NCBI GenBank assembly: GCA_002269645.1
Contig: NIVC01001820.1
Coordinates: 1 to 46,355, forward strand
Source: Macrostomum lignano
Lineage: Eukaryota
Direction: 5' to 3'
Length of the DNA: 46,355 nucleotides
The notes beneath the pieces are model-generated. The model was given only the letters and a program-made list of their open reading frames with translations. It was not told the origin of the DNA and searched no databases. The translations under genes were made by a program, and so were the position numbers. Each line of letters starts with the position of its first letter. Within the stretch, counting starts at the first letter, position 1. Below, one piece after another: positions 1 to 11,589 of this stretch.

Positions 1-678
1 ATTTGGAATAGATTAAATAATCTAATAGTTTAGAACACTATATGTAGAAAAAGTAGAAAAGTAGAAAAAAATCTTTTTTTTTGGTTTACACTGATACACA
101 CAGACATTACCTTACACAAAGCTCTAAATTGTCAATTTTGAAACATTACTACTAGACTAGTGATTTTGATATTTAATTTCAATTAGACAAAGTTAAAAAC
201 TAAAAATATTAGTTATTTTTGTATAATGTTTTATATAAACAATAAAGAACAAAAGTAAAATTTGTGCATTTTTTGTTAATTTTTTAAATCCTTACCTTTT
301 AAAAAACATGGAAGTTAGTTTAGTGTTAAAATAGTTATCAAATGTTAAGATTATATAATATATATGCATCTAGACAACTATTGTGACTAGATTATAGATA
401 AAATGATAATGTATTTTTGGTACATCATATATCAAAATATTAAATACATATACAAAAAGCCCAAAATAACTTTTGTATAAACACATATGCCAAAATTCTT
501 GAATAACTCTAGAAAAAAAAACATACATGTCTTCTTCCTGACTATGGCATTTAAATTTATACAAAATGACTATAAAATAATATGGATAGTATATATAAGT
601 ATACTTGTAGTGTTAAAAAAATAGATTTTTTGTTGTCAAAACTTGTGTACAATAATAAAAACCTTTTCTTATAAAAAA

Positions 679-790
679 GTTTTTATTAGGTCTTATCCTA
701 TTGTATTTGTATTATAATAAATATAATACACTATAAATACATATAGATACAAATAAATACAAATACAGTAGGATAAGACCTAATAAAAAC
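679..790. repeat. 35-bp inverted repeat (small fold-back element)
   Basis: 679-713 GTTTTTATTAGGTCTTATCCTATTGTATTTGTATT is the reverse complement of 756-790 with 1 mismatch; 42-bp AT-rich spacer. Confidence 0.85.
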
Positions 791-1279
791 TATTTTTTCT
801 ATCTAAAAACATAGGTTAGGTAGCCCCTCCTATACATTAATATTCTATAGTAGGTAAGTAGCCTACGCCTAGTAAGTAGGATGGTAATATAAAGAATCAT
901 GTTTGGCTATTTTCTAGAAATACATTTAGCTAGGCCCAATCCAAATCTATTCAGCCTTGTTATATATATTATAACTATTTTTACTTTTGCTTTTGAAACA
1001 AACCAAGATCAAGAAAAATATTATATTAGGCTTTTCACAAAGATTGGTTCCAGAACCAGATTAATTCCAATTCCAAAACCAGAATTGGTAGGAAAATGAA
1101 AGCATCAATTTTTTATTTGTATTTAATTATAGTACTTCTCAAAAGTTAAAAAACATTTTTTTAAAACTATGACCTACACTTTTGAGCTTTCAGTATTCTT
1201 TTTGAAATGTTTGAAATATTATTTTAAATTTGTCCTATTGGCTATTGTTTCGAAAGAAATATGACAAAGGATTGACCCT

Positions 1280-1643
1280 GAGCCTCTTCATATCGCCGGT
1301 TCCAAACTGGTTCGACGCTCTTCATATTGATGGTTTGAAAAACAGAATCAGTTCTGGAACATGGTTCTGGTTCTAGAATATGGTTCAAGAAATTTTCTTG
1401 AACCGTTGTCATGTTTACACTTTAACAGTAAAATATATTTGAAATCATCAATTTTTTTTATTATTGTTATAAAATTATTCCTTTTTTGTCATATCCAAGA
1501 GGAAACAAAGTCAAAGAATGACAAAATTAAATTGTAAAGACTGTCAAACATAAAATGGGTTCAAAGCTCCTCATTTCACACTGGTTCTGGTTCTAGAACT
1601 CGAATTTATTCTGGTTCTAGAACCAATTGCCGTGAAGAGGCTC
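1280..1643. mobile_element. MITE, PIF/Harbinger-like
   Basis: Perfect 11-bp TIR GAGCCTCTTCA/TGAAGAGGCTC; 3-bp direct repeat CCT at 1277-1279 and 1644-1646; internal GGTTCTGGTTCTAGAA repeats. Confidence 0.6.
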
Positions 1644-3046
1644 CCTATTGAATATAATCACCAAAACCCATAGACACCATGCAGGGGTACTTCAAAGGGC
1701 TGCACCTGCACAGCATATCAGAATAAATGGCTTGGACACTTGTGCAAGACTGAAAAGAGTTAAGTTACTTATGTGCATTTGCAACTAGGTAAATGGCTAG
1801 AGTCAACTATAACTGTCTTATTAAGGCTAAATGCCTCATTATCTAATTAGTACTACCTCTATATTATTTTTGGGTAAGCATTTTTGTGACTTCTTGCTAG
1901 TCCAATACAATTTACAGTGGCCAGATTAGCTAGCAGTTTTGCATGTATGATTTCTAAAAAACATGATACAATTTAACAAAATTTATTATAAATAATAATT
2001 GTACTATATTTACATTTTTAGTATTAGGCCTCCCTAATAAATTAAGTATTAATAAATTTTTATATCTAAGCATTTATTGTATGAGATAAAAAGAATGGCT
2101 AAACAATAACCCTATTTGGCTAATAATGTTGAATGTTAGGATTTTGAATTACTTTTTAAGATTTAACATTTGCCTTTTCATTTTGCAAATAGAACATAGG
2201 CCAGTAGTTTTTCAACTTGTGGGTTATGACCCCCAGTGGGGTTATATAACCATTTTTGAGGTTGCAACACTAAGAAATAATAAACATTGTATGAGTATAT
2301 CATACTTAATGATGCATTATATTGATTATAAAAGGGGTTACAAACATTAAAAAATGATGCAATGCAAGTTGCAAATGAATAAATTAAGGTCACCTGAAAA
2401 AAGGTTGAGAACTACTGCATAGGCCATGCACTCATGTGCGCATGCCCACATATACATGGGGATACCTATAACTAAGCACACTTACGCATGCACACATCTG
2501 CCTATACCTGCACCTACCAAATTTCTTAGGTGCACTGCCATGCCAGATGGTATCCAATTGGAATAATTGGATAAGAATTGCAATTGGAAGACTTATTTGA
2601 AGGTTCCTAGTCATTTTGTTATCTGCCATTTCATCATCTGGGTGTCTGGAATGTTCACCTCAACTTTGGTTACTTCATCATCTTAATTAGCATACACTAG
2701 GCCTACCTGAAGAGAGTCATTTTTGTCTTCCACTAATAGTTCCAAATTCAAGTGAATTAATATGGCAATCAAACATATTTACTTGGAAATCCTAATGATC
2801 CCAGTCATTTTGTCATCTCGATTGATAAAACCTATCAATCGATCAGTTCTGTTTGCTGCAGCTTAATAGTAGTGTGGTTAATAAAAACAAAAAATGGTTT
2901 ATACTAACTCGGATCTCACACAGATTAATTGGTTGATGAAGAAGTATCTAGAATAACTAAATATTTGGTCACTTTGTCAAATTAATTTTTCAAGATACTT
3001 TGCTTCTGGTCACTTCGTCATCCAATATGACAAAATGGAATATGAC

Positions 3047-3319
3047 CATACATGCGCAACAGTCGGCCGAGTCGGCCGATCCGGCCGACCGATTTGGCGG
3101 CCAACCAAGGTAAGTCGCAAAAATGCCCACCCGAAAGAATCATACGTAGTACTAATTAGATGACGAGGCATTTAGCCCTTATAAGACAGTCATAGTTACT
3201 CCTGCCGTTTACCCAAAATTGCGTTAATTTTGCTGAAGGGTTTCTTTCACAGGTAAGTCGCATTTTTTGTTAAAACTAAGTCGCACGGCCGACCAAATTT
3301 TGAAGGTTGCGCATGTATG
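3047..3319. mobile_element. hAT-superfamily MITE (273 bp)
   Basis: Perfect 14-bp TIR CATACATGCGCAAC/GTTGCGCATGTATG and perfect 8-bp TSD AATATGAC (3039-3046, 3320-3327). An 8-bp TSD is characteristic of hAT. Confidence 0.85.
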
Positions 3320-4510
3320 AATATGACAATCTGACCAGGATTGAGTAAATTTCTCAAACTGAATTCCAGAATTGGATCACAATTTAGGAACTGATTCTAA
3401 AAATGGAATAGACAATATGAAAAGCTTTGAACCATGTCTGGTTCTGGAATTGGTAATATGAAAAGCCTATTAAGTATTAATCAATTATAAAATTTATCAT
3501 AAAACATGTTTGCACTTTGCATGTCTTTTTTTAAACAAGCAATTATCAATTGATTATTTTTGCAATCACAAAATTAATATGAATCATCAAAACATCACCT
3601 AAATATCAAGCAACTAACAAACATGACTAGGCCTATCATCCTCCAATGCCTTGTTTCAAAAGTTACACTTGGTAATTTGACTAGGTAGGCCCCTAGGGCC
3701 TAGCACACACATCCAATGATGTACAACCAAAGTGAAAAAGTCAGACGATGTATTAATTTGCACGATTCTGGTTCTGGAATCGGTATTATGACGGTAATAT
3801 GAAAAGCCTATATGACTATAGTATAGTATGACTATTGCACTATGTGACTCTGCTCATTTGCTTTTTGCTTGTTTTGATATTGCTTTGATACACTATACAC
3901 AGAATGATGTCCTATTACAGATTTATTTTGATTGTTAGGTCAATTTTGAAAAGCAGAAATGCAGACTTGGCTAAATATTAAGAATGCTAACTTTTGTCGT
4001 TGGGCCTACTTGCTGTCACAATGCTGCACGTGGATTAGGCCTACACTTAATGATTGTTTCATAGAAAATGAAACCTCCGTTTGCAAGATTTTAGGAGACT
4101 TCATTTCAAACAAATATTTTGTACATAATTTTTAGCGCTGTAGAGGAGGGTAAAATAAAATTTAATTGTTTTCTTAGCTTTAGTTTTAAAAAGCTATAAA
4201 GGTCTAATATTTGTTGCAGAAATTTAGCGCAATAACTAATTAAATTCTTTGAACTTACTCTCGTGCCGGCTTGAAAATTGATCGAAAATCAACCTCACAA
4301 TCTGCAACACTAAAAACAATTTGTTTGAATCGGTGACTTAGCGCGGCATTATTCAAGAGTCCCATTTGCCTCTAGTTTTTAACTTTAGGACAAAAATGCA
4401 GAAAATATTTACTATATAGCCAGCAAATAAATGCAGGGATGTGTTGATAAGGAATAAATTAAATATTCTTTTTCATGCACAGGTTACTGTGTAAATTGCA
4501 ATGTCAATTC

Positions 4511-4939
4511 CAACAACAACAACAACAGAGTACGCTGTCAGTTCGCAAAAGCAGCGTCAGATGGCGCGCTTCGAAGCTTGGGCGCGAACAAAGGCCGCAC
4601 CGCCGGCAGAGTCCGGGGCGCCGGCGTCAGCCAGCAGACAGTCGACGTAGCGCCGAGTCCTCGCCTGTCCCCGCCGGTAGGGTGCCTGCAACGTAAGTAG
4701 CAGCACCTCCTGCACCGGCTCCGGACAGTAGGCCTCGGCGCGGATGACGTGGCCTACCAGCTGGAGTCGCCGACGGCGCAGCAGATCGCTAGGACGGGCC
4801 AGGCCAGCGCGATGATAGAGCGCCGTGTTGGTGACTCGCTCGTTGCCGATCTTGAAGGCGCCGCCGCGTCGACTTGAGCCTCGAGCGAGTCTATCAGCGT
4901 CCAGGTCTCGGCGTTGTATAAGAGGACGGTCTCGATCAT
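4511..4939 (-). mobile_element. 5'-truncated RTE-like LINE, 3' end
   Basis: Minus strand reads IETVLLYNAETWTL..., then a frameshift, then ...LLRRRRLQLVGHVIRA...KRAI* (stop 4557-4559). This resembles the post-RT C-terminus of RTE-clade ORFs. It is followed by a ~30-nt 3'UTR and a (GTT)5 tail (4511-4525). Confidence 0.72.
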
Positions 4940-5293
4940 TCTTGCGACAGTTGCTGATTCTTATAGTCCATCAAGTCCTGTAACCAAGGACAAATTCTCA
5001 CAACTGGAAGTTCAATGGTTCGGTCAGCAGAGGACTTTAAAACTTTAAAAAATGTCGAATTTTTTATTTCGCTTGCGACACTCGACTTTTTCAGAGCTGT
5101 ACATTGCGACAGCTGGCATTTTCAATTGCCAGATGTCCAAAGAGTATAATTGAGAAACTGGCGCATTTGCGACAGCTTCTTTTGCAAGGATATAAAGTCC
5201 TCTGCTGACCGAACCATTGAACTTCCAGTTGTGAGAATTTTCCTTGGTTACAGGACTTGATGGACTATAAGAATCAGCAACTGTCGCAAGAAT
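4938..5293. repeat. 102-bp near-perfect inverted repeat
   Basis: 4938-5039 is the reverse complement of 5193-5293 apart from a single 1-bp indel; ~153-bp spacer. Confidence 0.95.
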
Positions 5294-5999
5294 TGCCCAA
5301 AGCTTAAAATTCCTAAGCCCCAAAAACAAGCCATCCGCACGCTATCCGCACGTAACTAATTTTTAACGCCTCCCCACAGACAAGCCAAGTACATGGAACG
5401 CTTTGAACCTTCTGATGCATAAATAAAGTGTCTAAATCTTTGCAAATTACCCAGATTTATAGCTGTCGCAAACATTTAAATTTTTTATGAGGATGGATGC
5501 GGCTAGATTTACGGGAGTCGTTGGGCCAGTGTAGGGACTCGGCGGTTGAACTACCAACATATCGTAAGATAAGAAGCTTTCCAGAAAGTTATTTCCATTG
5601 GAGAAATCAAAATGCTTGACTCTTTTCAGACTGGCTGGGCAATTTAGAAATCGACAAACAATATAATTAAAATACAATTTTTAGTACATGTATAGGAGTA
5701 CCATTTTCAACTTTATTTTAATCAATCTTCAACTACTCGTAGGCAATACATTTAGTGCCAAAAATTATTTTAGAATTAGCGCAACAATGATCTGTTTCAC
5801 TCATTCCTTTTGCAATACGGATGATCAATTAGTAAAATGGGTAGAAAATGGAAATTAAAATCAAGTAGATAGCTTCTATACTTAACGCATCAAAGTATTG
5901 CTGCTTCTTGTCAGTCTAGCCTAATGATTTGCTTTACTGCATTAGAAAACGGTCAAACGTCTACTAGAAGCAAGATACGCTCGAGTAGACTCCAATAAG

Positions 6000-8523
6000 T
6001 TAAGCCAATGTAGGAAAGGTGGCATCAGTTGTAACGCCGCAATTGTTGTTCTTCGTCGACATCAGAACGTAGCCGTTGTTGCCCCAGTAGAAGCTCCAGC
6101 TGTTCTTCACCAGCCAGTAGGGCTCGCCGTTTAGCACGCCGTATCCAACAGCCAAGACGGAGTGGTCCAAATCCGTGCTGCTACAGGCCGGCTCAAAATA
6201 GACACCCGAACTGTAGAACACGAAGGACAGGTGCGACGCGTCGATGGAAACGCTAATAGGGCCACTGTGAAATAGAGCAGCCTTCATCGCCGTAATATTG
6301 TTCGGCGGCACCTGGATGTAGCCAGTCACGTTGACAGACGAGTTCACCTTCTCTGCGTGGCAGTACGCGTCCTGCATAAGGTAAGGCCCGTAGTCCTCCT
6401 CAAACGCCAGGCCGTGCTTCTGCATGTAGGAGTAGGACGGAACGTCTTCACCACCGTTGCAGCCGTTGTTGCCGAATCCCCAGGAGCAGTCAACCAGCTG
6501 CTGCTGAGAGAAGCGGACTCGTTTTCCAGTTTTAACAAAATAGGCGCCCTCCAACACTCCGGCAGCGCCGAACGACCAGCACGAGCCGCAGATTCCCTGG
6601 TCTTTGACTGGCGACACGCCGCCCAGGATTCGCCAGTCCCAGTTGTCCGGCAGACTGTCTCCAGAGCTGGGCACAGTAAACGGATGTCGAGTTGCCCTGC
6701 CGGCAGATTCCAATACGCCGCCGCGGCTCTTGCGACAACGCGATCGAGTGCGGAGCTCGTCCCTGGACTGGTCGGCCAGGTGGTTCACAGCCAGCTTGTA
6801 GGGCAGACCGGCCCTGTGAAATGTTTGAACAAATGCAACTATGCTAACATGATGTAACAGTATACGAGAGAAATTCATGTAGGCGGTTTAACACTACTAA
6901 AGGTGGCGGCAACAAAAGAAGGGAAACTACTTTACCACTAAGGTAAATACTTTTCTATTGTTTGTTTCCTAGAGCTTGAGATTTTTTAAAGCAGTAAAGA
7001 ATTACTCCGATTATCAAGCTTTCTACTAGCTTAAGATATCAACACCCCTTTGAGCATCGACATCCCAGAATACCCTATAACTTACCCTTAGATGCTTGGC
7101 AAGCTACTATACAAAAATCCAGATAAGTTTACATCGTTTGAGTCTGATTTGGCTCAGGTCCAGCTAAGGGTAACCTAAAAGCTAGCCTGAATACCAAACT
7201 TTCAAGTTTTTCGTGTGAACCGGACCGAAACCTGGTGATTGTGAATCACACTTTGAGTAAGTATGAATGTGAATTCACCTGTTCTTCGAATGGATGTAGC
7301 GCAGATTCTGACGAAATGCATGAGTTCGTCTCCTCTCTTCTACCTGGCTGTCGTAGGGCTTGAAGCGGCGATGAACGGTCTGGAATCGTTGGAAATGAGC
7401 GTCGACCGAGCGATGATCGCCGCCGCTAACCAGCTCCGACAGCGGGTTCAAAGCAGCGACGCCGTCACTCGGAGGCGCCGGATGGCAGGTGTTCGGCGCC
7501 TTCACCTCAAAGTCCTTAGCCTGCGGCCGCGTCTTATCGTCATACTCCATGTACTCAACATAGTAGCGATCGTAGTGCGAGCCAAGCAAAGAATCGTAGC
7601 CAATCATGTCGTAGCGGTAGGGCCTGTTGTCTTTCTGCCCGACCCACAGAGTGTAAGTGTTCACCTTGTCGGCGAAGACAGTCTTGTTAACAAAGACGTT
7701 GCACATCACACCGCGAACTTCCTCGGCGCGGCTATAGGTGAAGTAGCTGGCGTCTGGCAGTACATTCTGGACATTGTACACCCCGGCCAGTTGGTAGCAG
7801 TCTCGCTTGTTCTTCTCAGTCTCTGTAGATACCGGATGAAGCAAGTAGCCAGAGTGCGAAGCGTTAGCAAAGTTGAAGCTCTGCACCATGCCCGAGTAAT
7901 AGTCGATCCTAGATAGCTGCTTCTCATTGTCAACGTAAGCGGAGAACGGCTCGGAGATTTCGGCGTACGGCAGCTCGATGGTTCCGCTGACGGTGTAGAA
8001 CTTCGGCATCGGCGGCGGCGTAGGTGGACCCTGACTCTCGTGACGCAGCACTGCGTCCGCTGAGGCGCATCCACTGATCTGGAGCAGGACTGGAATAGGA
8101 AAATAAAATGGCGAATGAGTAAAATAACTTAAGCTTCTTATGCCGAAATAACAGAGCGACATCAGAATATCCATCGACTGAGCTCCAATATTTATTACTC
8201 TATAGGTAACTTATACTTAATTCCTACGGATAACATGTACATATTGTCGAAAACTGAAGTAGGATGCTGGAGACTGATAACGAATGTATATTAGAGAAAT
8301 TGGACTTTTCTAGAGCGAATTACTATCTATCGACCGAATTGGTCCATTGAGAAACGCGATGCATATTCAGAGCTGTGTTCTCTCTATAGAGCATACTAAA
8401 TGCACTAGCGATACGACAACTCTGTTTCAGTACAAGCTCAACATTGATTTAACGATTATTATACTCATTTAGAGACAGTCAAAACTTACCAAAGCTCACT
8501 ATGACTAAGCCTAGACAACGCAT
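6000..8523 (-). CDS. Cathepsin L-like papain-family protease of the 26/29-kDa proteinase (CfaD-like) type, 552 aa, 3 exons
   Basis: Exons 8523-8490, 8089-7279 and 6813-6000 (GT-AG, phases 1 and 2 consistent; 1659 nt). Signal peptide MRCLGLVIVSFVLLQISGCASA. N-terminal extension YTVSGTIELPYAEISEPF. I29 prodomain (ERRRTHAFRQNLRYIHSKN...NHLAD). Catalytic motifs QGICGSCWSF, DHSV and KNSW are intact. Confidence 0.93.
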
Positions 8524-9228
8524 TTCTTCGAAATATCTGTAACTAGTAAGTAGATATCCAGCTTTGCTGCTAACACCTAAAGCCGAGCCTAGTTAAGTCA
8601 AGCCAGCAACAATCTTTGCATAAGCATTTTATAACGCATGACACTATATATACATTTATACCTTACACGTAAAGCTGCAGCTGCATATCGCTTCGTTTGA
8701 TCGCCAAAGGACCAACAAGCTAGTTTATAAGCAGAAGCTTGCGCAAGCGCATTTGCCGGGCACAAGCTTCGCGCATGTTACATTATCAGCAAGTCTGTGC
8801 GCACTTTGTTGCAGCCTGGAAAGTTTTGATAAAGCAAGAATTCCGGCTTTCACTTGCAACGTTAAGCTCAATATTGATTATTCTGCTAATTGTTGCTGTT
8901 AATGCCTGCAAGACCCTGCTGCTGCTTAAGACCCTGGATGCACACCAGCACACGTCTGATTCATCAAGGATGAGCGGAAAATGATACGAGTCTGACTTGA
9001 TTTATTACCACTTTATATGGCAACATTTATGAGTAAAATGTGTTAAAAATCTGTAAAAATTACTGACGCGTCTTAGCACAATCAGCTTTTAAGTTTACTC
9101 CTTTTCTTGAAGGAAATCAAGGAGGCCATGTCCCCCAATTAGGAGGATAGCTACCGGAAATACAGATCTAAGCCCTCCCCTCTAATCCGGCAGGTAAAAG
9201 ACGATTTGATACCGAAGACAGACGGAAG

Positions 9229-9318
9229 TTCAACCAGGAGACAATTGCTGCTGTTCAGACAGCAGTGGAGTCGGACCGTCGTGTAACAATTGAGGAAATG
9301 GCAAGCGAATTCAGCCTC
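9229..9318 (+). pseudogene. Mariner transposase HTH fragment
   Basis: FNQETIAAVQTAVESDRRVTIEEMASEFSL resembles VAVQPVIELDWRVTIDNIAEKVGI of the mariner at 16131-17426. No TIRs were found. Confidence 0.45.
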
Positions 9319-9404
9319 TGTCGGCCCTGTCCACTTGCAGGAATGGTTTTCCATTGGGTTAATGCGCTTGTCCATTCAGTAGCAAGCGTAAGGAGTTTCT
9401 GGTT

Positions 9405-9560
9405 GGTGGTAACTCAGTCAGGAACGAGTGGGAACGGGTTGTGAGAGGTCTCCCAGCAGATGCCTTTGCCCTGGTCTTGGCAGATCTTAGAGCAGTCAGC
9501 ATGGCCCTGTCAGGGCATGGCTGCTTCTCTCAACACCGCTTTAACACCGTCAGGTACAAC
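9405..9560 (+). pseudogene. Possible non-LTR retrotransposon C-terminal fragment
   Basis: LRAVSMALSGHGCFSQH resembles the L-T/S-GHG motif preceding the C-terminal CCHC knuckle in R1/LOA/I-group ORF2. Short and degenerate. Confidence 0.3.
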
Positions 9561-10606
9561 ATTTATCTTTCAAAGCACCTTGGTAAGTCCACGATTTATA
9601 TGGGGCATGCAAGCAATGAAAACTCAATACTGTAAGCCATGCTGGATTCATTGAGGTCAAAGGATCAGCTGACCTATTCCCAAAAGAAAGACATAAAAAC
9701 GGTCTTATGACTCATCTGACTATTCCTAGAAAATTCATAGATCGTTTCTCGTGCTCCCCATATCTTGCTACTACCTGATCGTTTGCTAATCTATGCTAAG
9801 TTAATCGACAATCAGATGACTAACACCTGACTTCAAAGTTCTTGCAGTACCGAACAAAGTTGCTTAGCAGTAAAACCTGTTTAGCCTCTAGCTAGTTCAT
9901 AAAAAGGACTGGCCGGACACCCAATATCAGTCGGAAACAATAAACAACCCCTGGAAAAAGTCATGTGATTCAATGCTTATCACTTCAGCCCATCGTTTAT
10001 CGGAAAGAAAAGCTTTCTAACACCAGAACCGGAAAAAACCATCAAGATTAGTTCAAATTCTAGCTAAAATAGAAATTGAAAAAAAAAGATTAACAAAGGA
10101 CTACAAGAAAATGATATTATTTTCAAGTGCTTGCTGTTGACCTCGTTAACTTAAAATTGAAAATAATTAATAATGCAAGCAAATTAGTTTTGTTTAATTT
10201 AATAAAATATCGGACTTAGTCACGGTAAATTACGGCACCAACAATTATTATATAGATACTTAATTGATTGCAGTTATTAACACAGCAAAAAACTAATCAG
10301 GCGACGTTGTTTTTGTTTAAGAATAATAAAACATACGCGTGCAAACCACTCTTAGTAGCATTGCTGGGTTTTAAAACTAATAAAGTAGACAAATAATGGT
10401 TTTAGCAACGGAGAAGACAGTCCAAAATGCAGAAAATAGTTTAACCGATCGGTGAAATACTATGTAAACGCTATTGGACTTAAAATTACAAGGTTAGGAA
10501 TTTGAAAGCATGTTTACGTGCAGTTCAGCTGTGCTTTAGGTATCGGTAAAGTTTCCAATACGGAGGAACTTAACATTTAACAGTTATTGGTTGCACAAAA
10601 AATTGA

Positions 10607-11484
10607 AAACCTGTTGTTGATGGCACTAAACCTGTTGTTGATGGCACTAAACCTGTTGTTGATGGCACTAAACCTGCTGTTGATGGCACTAAACCTGCTG
10701 TTAATGGCACTAAACCTGTTGTTGATAGCACTAAACCTGCTGTTAATGGCACTAAACCTGCTGTTGATGGCACTAAACCTGTTGTTGATGGCACTAAACC
10801 TGCTGTTAATGGCACTAAACCTGTTGTTGATGGCACTAAACATGTTGTTGATGGCACTAAACCTGTTGTTGATGGCACTAAACATGTTGTTGATGGCACT
10901 AAACCTGCTGTTAATGGCACTAAACCTGTTGTTGATGGCACTAAACATGTTGTTGATGGCACTAAACCTGCTGTTAATGGCACTAAACCTGTTGTTGATG
11001 GCACTAAACATGTTGTTGATGGCACTAAACCTGTTGTTGATGGCACTAAACCTGCTGTTAATGGCACTAAACCTGTTGTTGATGGCACTAAACATGTTGT
11101 TGATGGCACTAAACCTGTTGTTGATGGCACTAAACATGTTGTTGATGGCACTAAACCTGCTGTTAATGGCACTAAACCTGTTGTTGATGGCACTAAACAT
11201 GTTGTTGATGGCACTAAACCTGCTGTTAATGGCACTAAACCTGTTGTTGATGGCACTAAACATGTTGTTGATGGCACTAAACCTGTTGTTGATGGCACTA
11301 AACCTGCTGTTAATGGCACTAAACCTGCTGTTAATGGCACTAAACCTGTTGTTGATGGCACTAAACCTGCTGTTAATGGCACTAAACCTGTTGTTGATGG
11401 CACTAAACCTGCTGTTAATGGCACTAAACCTGTTGTTGATGGCACTAAACATGTTGTTGATGGCACTAAACCTGCTGTTGATGG
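10607..11484. repeat. 21-bp minisatellite, ~42 copies, with a 252-bp higher-order duplication
   Basis: Unit AAACCTGTTGTTGATGGCACT with recurrent variants CTGCTGTTA, CATGTTGTTG and CTGCTGTTG. Confidence 0.98.
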
Positions 11485-11589
11485 TCTGCACCGCAGACTG
11501 AACGCACTGACGCGAAAAAAGGGTTAGATTTCCAATTAAAATGCACTTTAATATAAGCACCAGCCCAACTTCAAAGCAACAATGCAGTT

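Larger units (their letters stand above)
1027..3810. mobile_element. Possible composite non-autonomous DNA transposon (PIF/Harbinger-like ends)
   Basis: Left end TAGGCTTTTCA (1027) and right end TGAAAAGCCTA (ends 3810), with TAT on both flanks (1024-1026, 3811-3813). An extra right-end copy ends at 3469. Subterminal CTGGTTCTGG/CCAGAACCAG motifs are shared with 1280-1643 and 20098-20357. A 3-bp TAT match is weak evidence in AT-rich DNA. Confidence 0.35.

Noticed and set aside
370-2629. Short ORFs in the AT-rich left end
   Set aside because: No motifs; composition is intergenic; they overlap MITEs.
6357-7916. Plus-strand ORFs opposite the cathepsin (similar ones lie opposite NDC1 and pol)
   Set aside because: They are antisense shadows of GC-rich coding exons.
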